DNA of 35,250 nt from a bacterium. Its GTDB lineage: Bacteria > Margulisbacteria > WOR-1 > O2-12-FULL-45-9. Positions within the stretch are counted from its first letter, which is position 1, and every line of letters begins with the position of its first letter. The translations under genes were made by a program, and so were the position numbers. The notes below the pieces were generated by a model. The model saw only the letters and a program-made list of their open reading frames with translations, was not told where the DNA came from and did no database searches. The DNA is taken from assembly GCA_043811955.1 (NCBI GenBank), contig JBDRMQ010000092.1:1-35250 (forward strand), in the 5' to 3' direction. Below are positions 1 through 7,610 of the stretch, piece by piece.

Positions 1-2
1 GG

Positions 3-356
3 GGCCGCTTTCTAATAATAATGAACCATCCCTGCTTTCGCATCCCTCGTCAGACCGGCTGGGGAACTGACGAGCAAAGAAAATTGCAGTATCGGAGAGT
101 TGACAGTTACTTATCAGAGCTAAAGATCCCGATTAAGATGCGTCCTGGAGCAGCGCCGGACGTTCATACCTGGACTTATCACCGCCCGCTAACCCGCTAT
201 TTTACAGAACTGCATAAAAATAATTTTGCAGTGGCGCAATTAGAAGAGTGGGCCTCGCATCGCACCAGCCGGCCAGGGAAAAACAGTCGTCAGGAAAACC
301 GCGCTAGGGGCGAGATACCCATGTTTCTCGCCATGCTGGTGACTAAGCTTCCTTGA
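3..356 (+). CDS. class I SAM-dependent methyltransferase, C-terminal part (5' end lies outside the window)
   Basis: The frame is open from the window start, with no stop before the ATG at 21. The tail YHRPLTRYFTELHKNNFAVAQLEEW...GEIPMFLAM resembles the C-terminal strands of Methyltransf_11/23-type enzymes. Motif memory only. Confidence 0.5.
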   Translation, partial: GRFLIIMNHPCFRIPRQTGWGTDEQRKLQYRRVDSYLSELKIPIKMRPGAAPDVHTWTYHRPLTRYFTELHKNNFAVAQLEEWASHRTSRPGKNSRQENRARGEIPMFLAMLVTKLP

Positions 357-373
357 AAATTCGGTTTTACCGC

Positions 374-402
374 TTGATTTTTCAAGGATAATAGAGTACA
401 AT
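374..402 (+). promoter_or_regulatory. sigma70-type promoter of ATPase copy 1, leaderless-type
   Basis: TTGATT (374-379), 17 nt, TACAAT (397-402), then 6 nt (aaaaac) and ATG at 409. No Shine-Dalgarno. Confidence 0.55.
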
Positions 403-408
403 AAAAAC

Positions 409-1551
409 ATGAAAAAGGTCAAGCGGGCGCACGATCTGCGGCAAACTAAAAAGCTTCTTTCGTTATTCCCTGTAACCGCTATTCTTGGCCCCAGGCAGTG
501 CGGCAAAACAACCTTGGCCGCAGAATTTAACGCTGATTACGCCTTTGACTTGGAAAACCCCCGCGATCTGGCCAAATTTAAAAACCCGCAGTTACTGCTC
601 GAGGAAATAGAAGGGACAATTATAATTGACGAAATCCAAAGAAAGCCAGACCTGTTCCCGCTTTTAAGATATCTTGTCGACACAAACAAAAAACAAAAAT
701 ATATAATCTTAGGCAGCGCCTCTACCGACCTGGTCAAACACAGCTCTGAAAGTTTGGCAGGGAGAATCGGCTATTATGAGCTTGGCGGCTTTGGCCTGCC
801 TGATATTGGGGTAAAAAATTACAAGCAGCTATGGCTAAGGGGCGGGCTGCCCCTCGCTTATTTAAATAGCGCCCCTGAAAAAAGCCTTCTCTGGAAAGAA
901 AACTATATAACAACTTTTTTAGAAAAAGACGTGCCGCAGCTTGGAATAAATATTCCCGCTAATACTTTACGAAAGTTTTGGATGATGCTGTCCGATTACC
1001 ACGGTCAAATAATTAATTATTCGGAATTGGGCAGGGCCTTTGGCGTCTCTGATACGACAGTAAAAAAATACATTGATATTTTAAGCGGGACCTTCATGGT
1101 TAGAATACTTCAGCCCTGGCACGCCAATATCAACAAGCGTCTGGTAAAAAATCCAAAAATATATTTGCGGGACAGCGGCCTTTATCATTGCTTGCTGACA
1201 ATTAGCAGCTGGGACGAGCTCTCCGGCTCAAGTAAACTCGGCGCCTCCTGGGAAGGCTTTGCTCTGGAGCAGGCAATAAAAGTCTTGAAGAAGCAGGCGC
1301 AGGAAGCTTTCTTTTGGAAAACGCACGCTGGCGCAGAGTTAGATCTTTTCTGGCAGGATAAGGGGAAGAACTGGGGCGTTGAGTTTAAATATAGCGATGC
1401 TCCTGCCGCGACAAAATCAATGCATGTTTCTATTGCTGATTTAGGGCTTGATCATCTCTGGGTAATTTATCCAGGAAAAGAAAGCTATAAAATCACACCA
1501 AAAATTACCGCAACCCCCTTAGCTCATTTCATCAAAATGTTTGAGGGTTAA
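409..1551 (+). CDS. AAA+ ATPase (AAA_14) with DUF4143 / PD-(D/E)xK-like C-terminal domain (COG1373 family), copy 1
   Basis: Walker A GPRQCGKT, Walker B IIIDEIQ, LAGR motif, mid-protein HTH-like TVKKYIDIL. C-terminal ELDLF...GVEFK is a nuclease-like D..E.K pattern. Confidence 0.85.
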   Translation: MKKVKRAHDLRQTKKLLSLFPVTAILGPRQCGKTTLAAEFNADYAFDLENPRDLAKFKNPQLLLEEIEGTIIIDEIQRKPDLFPLLRYLVDTNKKQKYIILGSASTDLVKHSSESLAGRIGYYELGGFGLPDIGVKNYKQLWLRGGLPLAYLNSAPEKSLLWKENYITTFLEKDVPQLGINIPANTLRKFWMMLSDYHGQIINYSELGRAFGVSDTTVKKYIDILSGTFMVRILQPWHANINKRLVKNPKIYLRDSGLYHCLLTISSWDELSGSSKLGASWEGFALEQAIKVLKKQAQEAFFWKTHAGAELDLFWQDKGKNWGVEFKYSDAPAATKSMHVSIADLGLDHLWVIYPGKESYKITPKITATPLAHFIKMFEG

Positions 1552-1581
1552 AAAGCCGGGGTTGTTCCGCCCCGGCTTTTT
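1550..1581. terminator. bidirectional rho-independent terminator between convergent genes
   Basis: A5 run, stem GCCGGGG (1555-1561), 8-nt loop, stem CCCCGGC (1570-1576), T5 run. The A- and T-flanks allow function on both strands. Confidence 0.7.
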
Positions 1582-1599
1582 GTAACCTAGCAAAAAAAC

Positions 1600-2112
1600 T
1601 TATCTTGGATCCATTCTTCTGCTGGGGGCGCGGCCAAATCTCATACCAAAAGATACATTAGATTTGTCAACAGAAAAGGAAACGTCTGCTGGGGGCGGGC
1701 CCAGGATACTTGCCATTTCAGAGAACAGCGCTGTGTACTCAGTATTGGAAAGCCCCTCTTTAATAATCCCCCAACTTGCCTTTGCCACATAATCACCCTT
1801 AGCCAAAGCCATTGAACTATCAAGGCCACCAAACTTTACGCGACCGCGGGAATCAGTATAAGTTGATATTATCAAAGAACCGTCACGCCCTGACGTTGTT
1901 TGGCGGTATATATCAACAACATACTTTACGTTACTATTACTAACCGCGGCACGACCATCAGGCTTTAGCACCATTATCACGATACTTGGCGCTACATTTA
2001 TCGCAACTTCTGTTGCGGCCTCTTCTGTTGCGGCCTGCTCTAGACCATAGGCGCCGCCAGCTATCATCGCGAACATTATGCTCACAACAAGGAACAAAGT
2101 TATTTTTCTCAT
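1600..2112 (-). CDS. secreted protein of unknown function (possible carboxypeptidase-regulatory/Ig-like beta-sandwich)
   Basis: Signal peptide MRKITLFLVVSIMFAMIAGGAYG. SD AAGGAGGTGA lies 8 nt upstream of the ATG. YTDSRGRVKFGGL...GDY weakly recalls the CarboxypepD_reg fold. Confidence 0.6.
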   Translation of the reverse strand: MRKITLFLVVSIMFAMIAGGAYGLEQAATEEAATEVAINVAPSIVIMVLKPDGRAAVSNSNVKYVVDIYRQTTSGRDGSLIISTYTDSRGRVKFGGLDSSMALAKGDYVAKASWGIIKEGLSNTEYTALFSEMASILGPPPADVSFSVDKSNVSFGMRFGRAPSRRMDPR

Positions 2113-2149
2113 TTATTCTATCACCTCCTTGTTTCTTTAAGATAAGCTT

Positions 2150-2181
2150 ATTCTACCCCCCCCCCCCCCATCCTTTTGCAA
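2150..2181 (-). promoter_or_regulatory. promoter of the 170-aa secreted-protein gene, with a homopolymeric G tract in the spacer
   Basis: The minus strand reads TTGCAA (2181-2176), aaggat, G14, TAGAAT (2155-2150). The spacer is 20 nt, 14 of them G. Confidence 0.55.
2156..2169. repeat. homopolymer C14 (G14 on the minus strand)
   Basis: Counted directly: C run 2156-2169. Confidence 0.9.
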
Positions 2182-2189
2182 GCGGAAAT

Positions 2190-2218
2190 TTGCGAAGTGA
2201 CAATCGCTCAGCTATAAT
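2190..2218 (+). promoter_or_regulatory. lpxB-type promoter, copy A (drives only the lpxB fragment)
   Basis: TTGCGA (2190-2195), 17 nt, TATAAT (2213-2218), 6 nt, ATG at 2225. Confidence 0.55.
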
Positions 2219-2224
2219 AACACC

Positions 2225-2347
2225 ATGAAAATCATGATCTCTGCGGGCGAAGTCTCCGGCGATGTACACGGCTCCCACTTGGTTCGCGAACTAAAAAAAC
2301 TCAATCCTAATATTTATTTCTTTGGCATGGGCTCAGAAAAACTGCTG
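2225..2347 (+). pseudogene. lpxB: lpxB 5' fragment (first 41 codons only), diverged allele
   Basis: MKIMISAGEVSGDVHGSHLVRELKKLNPNIYFFGMGSEKLL matches the lpxB N-terminus at 4672 in 37 of 41 residues. After that the ORF reads unrelated sequence to a stop at 2407. Confidence 0.8.
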
Positions 2348-2523
2348 TTATGCGGCAAACCAACCTGCCTTTTTAGCATATCACTTCTATTTTACGACGT
2401 AATATAGAAGCTGTGACGCATTATAGAAGTTGTCAAGCGCGGGATCAACAAAAAGACCGCGATTGAGATCGAGGCAGAAGACCTGATCCTGCCGGATATT
2501 CCGGAGTTAGGGATATAGCTAAT

Positions 2524-3486
2524 CTAGAAAACTGGGGGCCGACCGCCCAACTCAACAACTCGCTGCACCAGGCCTTCGGAAAACAAGTCAAAGAACTCAG
2601 CCTTAGCTTCACAAAATTCTCCCCAGCCAACTCGGGCGCCATCTAGATCAAGAAACTCACCCCGAGTCGAACCGTAGGGGGGAAGAACAACAGTTGCTTC
2701 TGCCCAATCAGTAGCACTAGTCGGAGCGTTGCCGTCTGCTGTATCTACCCTAATATAATTTTCATTAAGAAACAAGGAAAATTCAAGCAAAGTATTCCCC
2801 GCAAAATAGGGATTAATTGAAAACCCCTCTACAAAAACTGACCAAGCATTAAACTGGCCAAAGAACGCGATATTCTGCCTGCAGCGATCCATAAAGGTTC
2901 CCCCCGGGGTAGAATAAACGAACGCCTCGTCCATAAAAGCATTTCTAGGGTCAGAGACAATCCTGTCAAAAGCACTGGCAAGCAATCCGATTTTATTGCG
3001 AATGGATCGATGACAATTCCTAAGTTCAAGGAGGTTGTCTGCCGTAAAACTCGCGCCTGCAGGAACCAGCGCAGCCCTTCTGCGCACTTCCCATTCCCCA
3101 ATTGCAGCTGCCGGCAAAAGCTCATCAGAATAGTATCTATTTCTATACTTATTAGCTGTTTGATGACTTAAGACAGCTATTTCCCGTAACTCCATAACCA
3201 CCCTGGCAATATCACTATCAGTAACACCATACTTTTTACCAAGCACGTTAATATCAATTTTAACAAGCGGATAGTCTGGGAGGTCAACCTTCATGCCTAC
3301 GATTGGCTCTCTCCCTAGATCAAAGCTTTGCCTCGATGAAGCCCTTGGCACACCAAAGGCTCCTCCCGGGCTAACAACCTCTGTTCTTTTTATCGCGGCC
3401 GGAGCTGCAGCAACAAAAGACGCACCAACAAAGCCCAAACAAAAAACTATCACAATAACAACTGAAACAACCTTTACCTTAATCAT
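2524..3486 (-). CDS. secreted protein of unknown function (320 aa)
   Basis: N-terminal signal/anchor MIKVKVVSVVIVIVFCLGFVGASFVAAAPA. SD GGGGAGGAAA upstream. I recognise no domain. Confidence 0.6.
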   Translation of the reverse strand: MIKVKVVSVVIVIVFCLGFVGASFVAAAPAAIKRTEVVSPGGAFGVPRASSRQSFDLGREPIVGMKVDLPDYPLVKIDINVLGKKYGVTDSDIARVVMELREIAVLSHQTANKYRNRYYSDELLPAAAIGEWEVRRRAALVPAGASFTADNLLELRNCHRSIRNKIGLLASAFDRIVSDPRNAFMDEAFVYSTPGGTFMDRCRQNIAFFGQFNAWSVFVEGFSINPYFAGNTLLEFSLFLNENYIRVDTADGNAPTSATDWAEATVVLPPYGSTRGEFLDLDGARVGWGEFCEAKAEFFDLFSEGLVQRVVELGGRPPVF

Positions 3487-3521
3487 AATTATATTTCCTC
3501 CCCTTCACTAAGATAAGAGTA

Positions 3522-3556
3522 ATATTACCCCCCCCCCCCCCCCCATCCTTTTGCAA
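3522..3556 (-). promoter_or_regulatory. promoter of the 320-aa secreted-protein gene, with a homopolymeric G tract in the spacer
   Basis: The minus strand reads TTGCAA (3556-3551), aaggat, G17, TAATAT (3527-3522). The spacer is 23 nt. Confidence 0.55.
3528..3544. repeat. homopolymer C17 (G17 on the minus strand)
   Basis: Counted directly: C run 3528-3544. Confidence 0.9.
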
Positions 3557-3564
3557 GCGGAAAT

Positions 3565-3593
3565 TTGCGCTTCGCGAAAGTCTCGGCTATAAT
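3565..3593 (+). promoter_or_regulatory. lpxB-type promoter, copy B (drives the NTase cassette plus lpxB)
   Basis: TTGCGC (3565-3570), 17 nt, TATAAT (3588-3593), 6 nt, ATG at 3600. The 25 nt atccttttgcaagcggaaatttgcg are identical to copy A. Confidence 0.55.
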
Positions 3594-3599
3594 GTTGGC

Positions 3600-3758
3600 A
3601 TGTATTCCCAACAGAAAATCAAAAAAAGTTTGTTCCAGGTAGATATGCCAGTTGATCTCTTACTTTTCAAAGAAGCTCCTTTTAACAAAAGAAAAAATGT
3701 TTGGGGGAGCGTTCAATACAAAATCTTTCAAAATGGAAAGTTAGTTTATGAAAAATGA
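3600..3758 (+). CDS. small ORF (52 aa), possibly a remnant of a nucleotidyltransferase/antitoxin
   Basis: Hand translation: MYSQQKIKKSLFQVDMPVDLLLFKEAPFNKRKNVWGSVQYKIFQNGKLVYEK. The ATG sits exactly 6 nt after the -10 box. It is below the ORF-track length cutoff. Confidence 0.3.
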   Translation: MYSQQKIKKSLFQVDMPVDLLLFKEAPFNKRKNVWGSVQYKIFQNGKLVYEK

Positions 3759-3969
3759 AAATGAGTTAATGCGAGGGGAACGAAAAATCGCGCGAAAAAA
3801 ACCGGGCAACAAATTTATTGATGAGGAAAGAGAATGGTTAAATCTTTCGCCTAGCCAGCGTATGCTAGAAACAACAAAGCTATGGCAATTATACCTAGCA
3901 TTAGGAGGCAGCCTTGACCCAGAACCCAATCCTCAAAGTCCTTTCTACTTTCAAAAAGCACAAAGTTAA
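3748..3969 (+). CDS. small basic protein (73 aa), putative partner of the downstream nucleotidyltransferase
   Basis: The ORF overlaps the small ORF upstream by 11 nt and the downstream gene by 56 nt. Basic N-terminus. No domain recognised. Confidence 0.4.
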   Translation: MKNENELMRGERKIARKKPGNKFIDEEREWLNLSPSQRMLETTKLWQLYLALGGSLDPEPNPQSPFYFQKAQS

Positions 3970-4675
3970 AGCGCTGTTGATCGGCGGGCAGGCTTGTATT
4001 ATCTATGGCGCAGCCGAATTCAGCCGCGACTCTGACTTTGTTCTGCTGTGCGAGCAAGAAAATCTTGAGCGCCTTAATAAGGCATTGAAGGCATTAAAGG
4101 CCGAATTAATTTATGTTCCCCCGTTAGAAATAGGTTACTTGCAGAAAGGGCATGCTTGTCATTTTAGATGCAAGGCAAAGGATGTTGCAGGGCTACGCAT
4201 TGATATAATGGCCAAGATGAGGGGCTGCGATCCTTTTGAGAAGTTATGGAAACGCAGGAAAAAAGTATCGGTAGAAGGCAATGGTATTATAGATATCATT
4301 GGCCTACGAGACCTAGTTAAAAGCAAAAAGACAAAACGCGACAAGGATTGGTTAATGCTTAAAAATCTAGTTGAGAATGACATTGTGTTAAATAAAGAGC
4401 ACCCTGCTGAAGATCAGATAAAGTGGTGGTTACTGGAAAGCAGACATCCTGAATCTCTCGTTCGCTTAGCCACGGAATATTCAAAGATTAGCAATGAATG
4501 CTTAACTTATCGGCCACTTTTAGCTGCTGCTACTGAGAGAGAGAAACAAAAACTTGCTTCTTTGCTTCACGAAGAAGAATTAGCAGAGAGGAAAAGGGAC
4601 GCCGATTATTGGTCTCCTCTAATCAAAGAATTAGAAACGCTCCGCCATCTGGCAAGCAAACGGGGACAGCAATGA
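3914..4675 (+). CDS. Pol-beta superfamily minimal nucleotidyltransferase-fold protein (253 aa)
   Basis: NTase signature GG-x13-DSD (LIGGQACIIYGAAEFSRDSDFVL). The LRDLVKSKKTKRDKDW helix is typical of these NTases. AGGAGG lies 5 nt before the TTG start at 3914. The stop overlaps the lpxB start (ATGA at 4672-4675). Confidence 0.6.
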   Translation: MTQNPILKVLSTFKKHKVKALLIGGQACIIYGAAEFSRDSDFVLLCEQENLERLNKALKALKAELIYVPPLEIGYLQKGHACHFRCKAKDVAGLRIDIMAKMRGCDPFEKLWKRRKKVSVEGNGIIDIIGLRDLVKSKKTKRDKDWLMLKNLVENDIVLNKEHPAEDQIKWWLLESRHPESLVRLATEYSKISNECLTYRPLLAAATEREKQKLASLLHEEELAERKRDADYWSPLIKELETLRHLASKRGQQ

Positions 4676-5778
4676 AAATCATGCTCTCTGCCGGAGAGGT
4701 TTCCGGCGATGTCCACGGCTCTCATTTAGTCCGCGAGCTTAAAAAGCTTAAGCCAGAAGCATACTTCTTTGGTATGGGCTCAGAAAAACTTTTGGCTGAG
4801 GGCGTAGCCGTTAAAGTTGACATTACCAAGCGCGGCACAATTGGCATTTTTGAAGCCCTGCCTAATGTTCTCCCTGTTTTTCTCGCCTATAAAAAAATGG
4901 TTGGCCTGATGAAGTCAGAAAAACCAGATATGCTTATTCTCGTTGATTCCCAAGGGATTAACATGCCCCTAGCCAAAGCTGCAAAAAAGCTAGGGATTAA
5001 AACAGTCTACTACATCGCCCCGCAAGAGTGGCTTTGGGGAACACCCAAGGGCGTTAAGAAGGTTTCCGAAACAATTGATTTAATTATTTCCATTTTTGAG
5101 AAAGAACACGAAACCTACCAGCAAGCTGGAGGAAACTCAATCTATTTCGGTCATCCCCTACTAGACATTGTTAAAGGGGACAGCCAGTTTGCAAAAGGTG
5201 AAGGGCCCACGATTGCCCTGTGCCCAGGAAGCAGAACCCAGGAGATCAAAGGCTTACTCCCTATTCTTTTAAAAGCTGGGGAGTTGCTCAAAAAAGAACT
5301 TCCAAAGGCAGAGTTTATAATCCCCGCGGCGTCGACAGAAATGATCAAGAAAATTTTTAATTATATTGGCGAGGATTTTCGGCCTAAAGCTATCATTGGC
5401 CATACCTACGACATCCTGGCCAGCGCAGACCTCGCGCTTTGTGCCTCAGGCACAATTAATCTTGAAGCTTCAATTTTGGGAACACCAAATATCATGGTTT
5501 ATAAGCTCTCTCCCCTGACCTACTTTGTCGGCAAACATATTCTAAAAATTGGCGAGAAATTAAAATATTTTAGTATGCCTAATATGTTGCTTGATGAGCG
5601 GGCTATTCCAGAACTCGTTATGGAACAAGCTGAACCAAAAATAATTGCTCAAGAAGCCCTTTCTATTATTATTGATCAAGAACGACAAGCCAAGATGAAG
5701 GCCTCTTTTGAAAAACTGCGAACAAAGCTTGGCCAGCCTGGCGTGATTGAGAAAGTAGCCAGGGAGATTTTGAAATAG
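4672..5778 (+). CDS. lpxB: lipid-A-disaccharide synthase
   Basis: N-terminal MKIMLSAGEVSGDVHGSHLVRELK is the LpxB hallmark, and the length and C-terminus are GT19-like. I chose the ATG at 4672 because the lpxB fragment at 2225 starts at the same residue. Confidence 0.9.
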   Translation: MKIMLSAGEVSGDVHGSHLVRELKKLKPEAYFFGMGSEKLLAEGVAVKVDITKRGTIGIFEALPNVLPVFLAYKKMVGLMKSEKPDMLILVDSQGINMPLAKAAKKLGIKTVYYIAPQEWLWGTPKGVKKVSETIDLIISIFEKEHETYQQAGGNSIYFGHPLLDIVKGDSQFAKGEGPTIALCPGSRTQEIKGLLPILLKAGELLKKELPKAEFIIPAASTEMIKKIFNYIGEDFRPKAIIGHTYDILASADLALCASGTINLEASILGTPNIMVYKLSPLTYFVGKHILKIGEKLKYFSMPNMLLDERAIPELVMEQAEPKIIAQEALSIIIDQERQAKMKASFEKLRTKLGQPGVIEKVAREILK

Positions 5779-5799
5779 CCACAAATACCGCAAATCCTA
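5695..5799. repeat. direct repeat L: last 27 codons plus stop of lpxB, plus 21 nt
   Basis: Aligns to 10162-10266 over 105 nt with 5 substitutions. Confidence 0.9.
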
Positions 5800-5800
5800 C

Positions 5801-5828
5801 TTGACAATCCAATAATTACGCGTATAAT
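5801..5828 (+). promoter_or_regulatory. promoter of ATPase copy 2, leaderless-type
   Basis: TTGACA (5801-5806), 16 nt, TATAAT (5823-5828), 6 nt (tgaaac), ATG at 5835. Confidence 0.6.
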
Positions 5829-5834
5829 TGAAAC

Positions 5835-6977
5835 ATGATCTCAAGATTCCTGGCCTTAAGCAAGATTAAGCGCTCTCTCTTCCTGTTTGGTCCTCGGCAG
5901 GTAGGCAAAACCTACCTAATAAAGAACACCCTAGCTCCCGACATTTTCATAAACCTCCTAAAGCAAGAAGAATACTTAAGATATGCTGGAACCCCCCAGC
6001 TGCTGCGACAGGAAGTCAAGGCAAACATGCTAGTAGTTATAGACGAAATCCAGCGTTGCCCCTCCCTGCTCAACGAGGTCCAATTAATAATTGATGACAA
6101 TCCCTCTGTTCAATTTATCCTGACCGGCTCCAGCGCGCGGAAACTGCGGCGCCACGGGGTTAACTTGCTTGGTGGCAGAGCGATTGTCCTGCACCTTTTT
6201 CCGTTTACCGCTGATGAATTAGCAGATCTCTTTAACCTTGAGGAAGCATTGCTCTTTGGCGCCCTCCCCAGCATCGCGCTAGAAAAGGAAAAAGAGAGCA
6301 AGGTCCTCCTGCTGAAAAGCTATGTCGAAACCTATCTAAAAGAAGAAGTCCAACAGGAAGCCCTAACCAGGAACGTGCCGGCATTTGCCCGCTTTCTGGA
6401 ACTGGCAGCTCACGAAAACGGCAACATCCTCAATTTTCAGGCACTGTCCAGGGAAGTCGGCGTTACCTCAAAGACCATAAAAGAGTATTTTCATATCCTT
6501 GAGGATACTTTGCTTGGCTTTTTCCTTAATCCCTTCACCAAGTCCGAGCGGAAAAGAGTAGTCAGCCATCCAAGATTTTATTTTTTCGACCTAGGGGTCG
6601 TTGCTGCCTTAAGGCACGAACTATCAAGCAACTTAACGGCTGGAACACCCGCCTATGGCAGGGCCTTTGAGCACTGGGTAATTTTGGAAATAAAAAGGCT
6701 AATAGATTACAAAGGACTCGACTGGAAAATAAGCTTTTTTAGGACCAGCGACGGCGCAGAAGTTGATTTGCTTTTAGAAACAGGGAAAGAGCTCTGGGCA
6801 ATTGAAATAAAATCTTCCTCAGAGCCACGCGCGAGCGATCTCCGCGGATTAAAAAGCTTTTTGCGCGACCATCAGGTCGCTAAGTCCTTTTGCGTTTGCC
6901 AAACACCAAGGCCATACGCAACAGATGGCATTGAATTCATTCCATGGAAAGATTTTCTCAAGTTATTAAAACCTTAA
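5835..6977 (+). CDS. AAA+ ATPase (AAA_14) with DUF4143 / PD-(D/E)xK-like domain, copy 2
   Basis: GPRQVGKT, VVIDEIQ, TGSSARKLRR, LLGGR, C-terminal AEVDLLL...AIEIKSS. Confidence 0.85.
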   Translation: MISRFLALSKIKRSLFLFGPRQVGKTYLIKNTLAPDIFINLLKQEEYLRYAGTPQLLRQEVKANMLVVIDEIQRCPSLLNEVQLIIDDNPSVQFILTGSSARKLRRHGVNLLGGRAIVLHLFPFTADELADLFNLEEALLFGALPSIALEKEKESKVLLLKSYVETYLKEEVQQEALTRNVPAFARFLELAAHENGNILNFQALSREVGVTSKTIKEYFHILEDTLLGFFLNPFTKSERKRVVSHPRFYFFDLGVVAALRHELSSNLTAGTPAYGRAFEHWVILEIKRLIDYKGLDWKISFFRTSDGAEVDLLLETGKELWAIEIKSSSEPRASDLRGLKSFLRDHQVAKSFCVCQTPRPYATDGIEFIPWKDFLKLLKP

Positions 6978-7042
6978 AGTTTGCACAAGTTCTCCTCCTC
7001 TTTTTACGATAATACTTCTGTATAGATGCCCTATGGAGGTAC

Positions 7043-7603
7043 ATGGTGAGAGCACAATTAACTAAATTAACTACACATATCCCTTGGTTTTCGGCTGGGG
7101 AGCGCGTTTTCACCACCGCCAGATTTCAACTCAAAAGAAATAGCTGCGTTTGGATGGCCCTGGGATTTAAACATTCTTCTGCTTCTGTGAATGCAGCGAT
7201 TCTAAGAGGTTTAAGCGGGGATTATTATTTCGCATCTATTAGCCCTGACGAGATAAATCTTACCAAGCTAGACCAAGGGACATCAACGATTGGGCGAAAC
7301 AGAAACTGTAAAATTACAATCCCAGACACCCATCGTTTTAACCCTGTTGTTTCAAATCATCATCTGGAAGTTGATTTGTCTGCTGAAGGAATATCGATTA
7401 AAGAACCCAAAGAAACATCCTATGGAACAATGCTTTTTCCTAAGGAACCCCCTTGCGCCAAGGCTTTGTTTGAAGCCTTGGCCATTGAAACCGCCGATAC
7501 AATCGTGCAAGGAACTCCTTTTGTTTCTCCCCCACCAGAAATAGAGTACACAACCCAGTCAAAAAAAGGGGGGGCCGAGAGAGCTTACTCTAGAGGATGT
7601 TGA
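7043..7603 (+). CDS. FHA-like domain protein (186 aa)
   Basis: TIGRNRNCKITIP...VVSNHHLEVDL...ETSYGT follows the FHA pattern GR...SxxH...(N/Y)GT. It is paralogous to the N-terminus of the 8431 gene. GGAGG at 7035-7039. Confidence 0.55.
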   Translation: MVRAQLTKLTTHIPWFSAGERVFTTARFQLKRNSCVWMALGFKHSSASVNAAILRGLSGDYYFASISPDEINLTKLDQGTSTIGRNRNCKITIPDTHRFNPVVSNHHLEVDLSAEGISIKEPKETSYGTMLFPKEPPCAKALFEALAIETADTIVQGTPFVSPPPEIEYTTQSKKGGAERAYSRGC

Positions 7604-7610
7604 TACTATT

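Noticed and set aside
2404-2435. Direct repeat TATAGAAG(C/T)TGT(G/C)A, spaced 18 nt, in the junk region after the lpxB fragment
   Set aside because: There are only two 14-nt copies with mismatches in AT-rich non-coding DNA. This could be chance or a decayed site, and nothing links it to a protein.
4609-4671. Longer lpxB ORF starting at 4609 (ORF track)
   Set aside because: The extension (MVSSNQRIRNAPPSGKQTGTA) lies inside the upstream NTase gene in another frame. The conserved LpxB N-terminus MKIM(L/I)SAGE starts at 4672, as it does in the independent fragment at 2225.
7290-7544. 84-aa same-strand ORF nested in the FHA-like gene
   Set aside because: It is an alternative frame entirely inside 7043-7603. 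The FHA-like frame is supported by paralogy with the 8431 gene.
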